A DNA stretch of 64,000 nucleotides. Origin: Batkoa obscura. Its lineage: Eukaryota. A program made the position numbers and the translations under genes. The stretch spans positions 1 to 64,000 of the forward strand of contig JASVEC010000011.1 of assembly GCA_030770535.1 (NCBI GenBank), in the 5' to 3' direction. Below, in pieces: positions 63,125-64,000 of this stretch (positions are counted from its first letter, which is position 1; each line of letters begins with the position of its first letter). The notes under the pieces were generated by a model. It was not told where the DNA came from and made no database searches. It saw only the letters and a program-made list of their open reading frames with translations.

Positions 63125-64000
63125 ATGGTGATACTAAATAATATGGAATAATAAACAGAGATATTAACTGAATTTTTAAGGCAGCGAATAAATCTCCGGA
63201 TGAAAACTATACGATATTAGAGAAACTAGGTTCAGGTTCTTTTGGTACTGTTTACAAAGCGTAAGTGTAATAGCATGTTATTTAAGTAAATACTAGATAG
63301 ATTTTTTTAGCGTAGATAAAACAACGAATCAAATTGTAGCAGTAAAGCAAATAGACTTAGAAACAGCAGAAGATGATATAAGCGATATTCAACAAGAGAT
63401 TACTCTATTGGCTCAGTGTGAGTCTTCTTATATTACACAGTATTTTGGTTCTTTTGTTAAAGGGTTTAAGCTTTGGATAGGTATTACATATTAGATTAGA
63501 AAGCAAACAAAATATTAAAACTTTAAAGTGATGGAATACATGGCCGGTGGCTCATGTTTAGATTTAGTAAATAAATTATAAAGCTCTGTTGAGTTAAACT
63601 AATCCTTTGTACCATTAGCTTAAAGCTGGCCCTTATGATGAACCTCATATTGCTATTATACTTAAGGAGCTATTAACTGGGCTCGATTATTTACATTCCG
63701 AAGGAAAACTCCATAGAGATATTAAAGGTATGGACCTTACTTTTAACAAATTTGATATTTATATTTATAACTTAATTAGCTGCAAATGTATTGTTATCTG
63801 GAAAAGGAGAAGTGAAGCTTGGTAATATACTATTCGTTTTTAATTTGATTATTCTAATAATAAATAGCTGATTTTGGTGTTGCTGCACAACTTTCAAACC
63901 AAAGAAGTAAAAGAAATACATTCGTTGGTACTCCAGTAATACTATATATATGTGTTATTATTCTTTAGTTAAAAGTTATTAGTTTTGGATGGCACCGGAA
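63125..64000 (+). CDS. STE20-family GCK-III type Ser/Thr kinase (STK24/25/26, Sid1-like), multi-exon; runs past the window end
   Basis: LGSGSFGTVYKA, VAVKQIDLETAEDDISDIQQEI, LWIVMEYMAGGS, HRDIKAAN, ADFGVAAQL, RNTFVGTPFWMAPE. Absent from the ORF track. Confidence 0.92.

Overview
This is the left end of a eukaryotic chromosome. A (TAACCC)n telomere (1-688) is followed almost at once by a gene-dense, very AT-rich region with many short (mostly ~35-60 nt) GT-AG introns. Gene content and style (AA11-type LPMO, NUUM-like complex I subunit, intronless F-box/LRR gene, glycine C-acetyltransferase, TTAGGG telomere) point to an early-diverging fungus, most plausibly Entomophthoromycotina (Conidiobolus-like); this is inference. 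I can support about 30 protein genes, one tRNA-Leu(UAA), seven copies of a ~100-bp TIR element, one ~280-bp TIR element and an ~800-bp foldback abutting the telomere. Main leads: (1) a STIL (centriole assembly factor) homologue with the STIL N-domain and central coiled coil but no visible STAN domain; (2) the telomere-adjacent long hairpin; (3) an intronless DUF4269-like nucleotidyltransferase of probable foreign origin; (4) SIKE-like, MOB4 and GCK-III kinase genes (all STRIPAK parts) plus an IER/SERTA-like motif protein in one window; (5) a secreted RR-punctuated repeat-peptide precursor and a frameshifted paralogue. All family calls are by-eye motif recognition and exon boundaries were assembled by hand; no searches were run.
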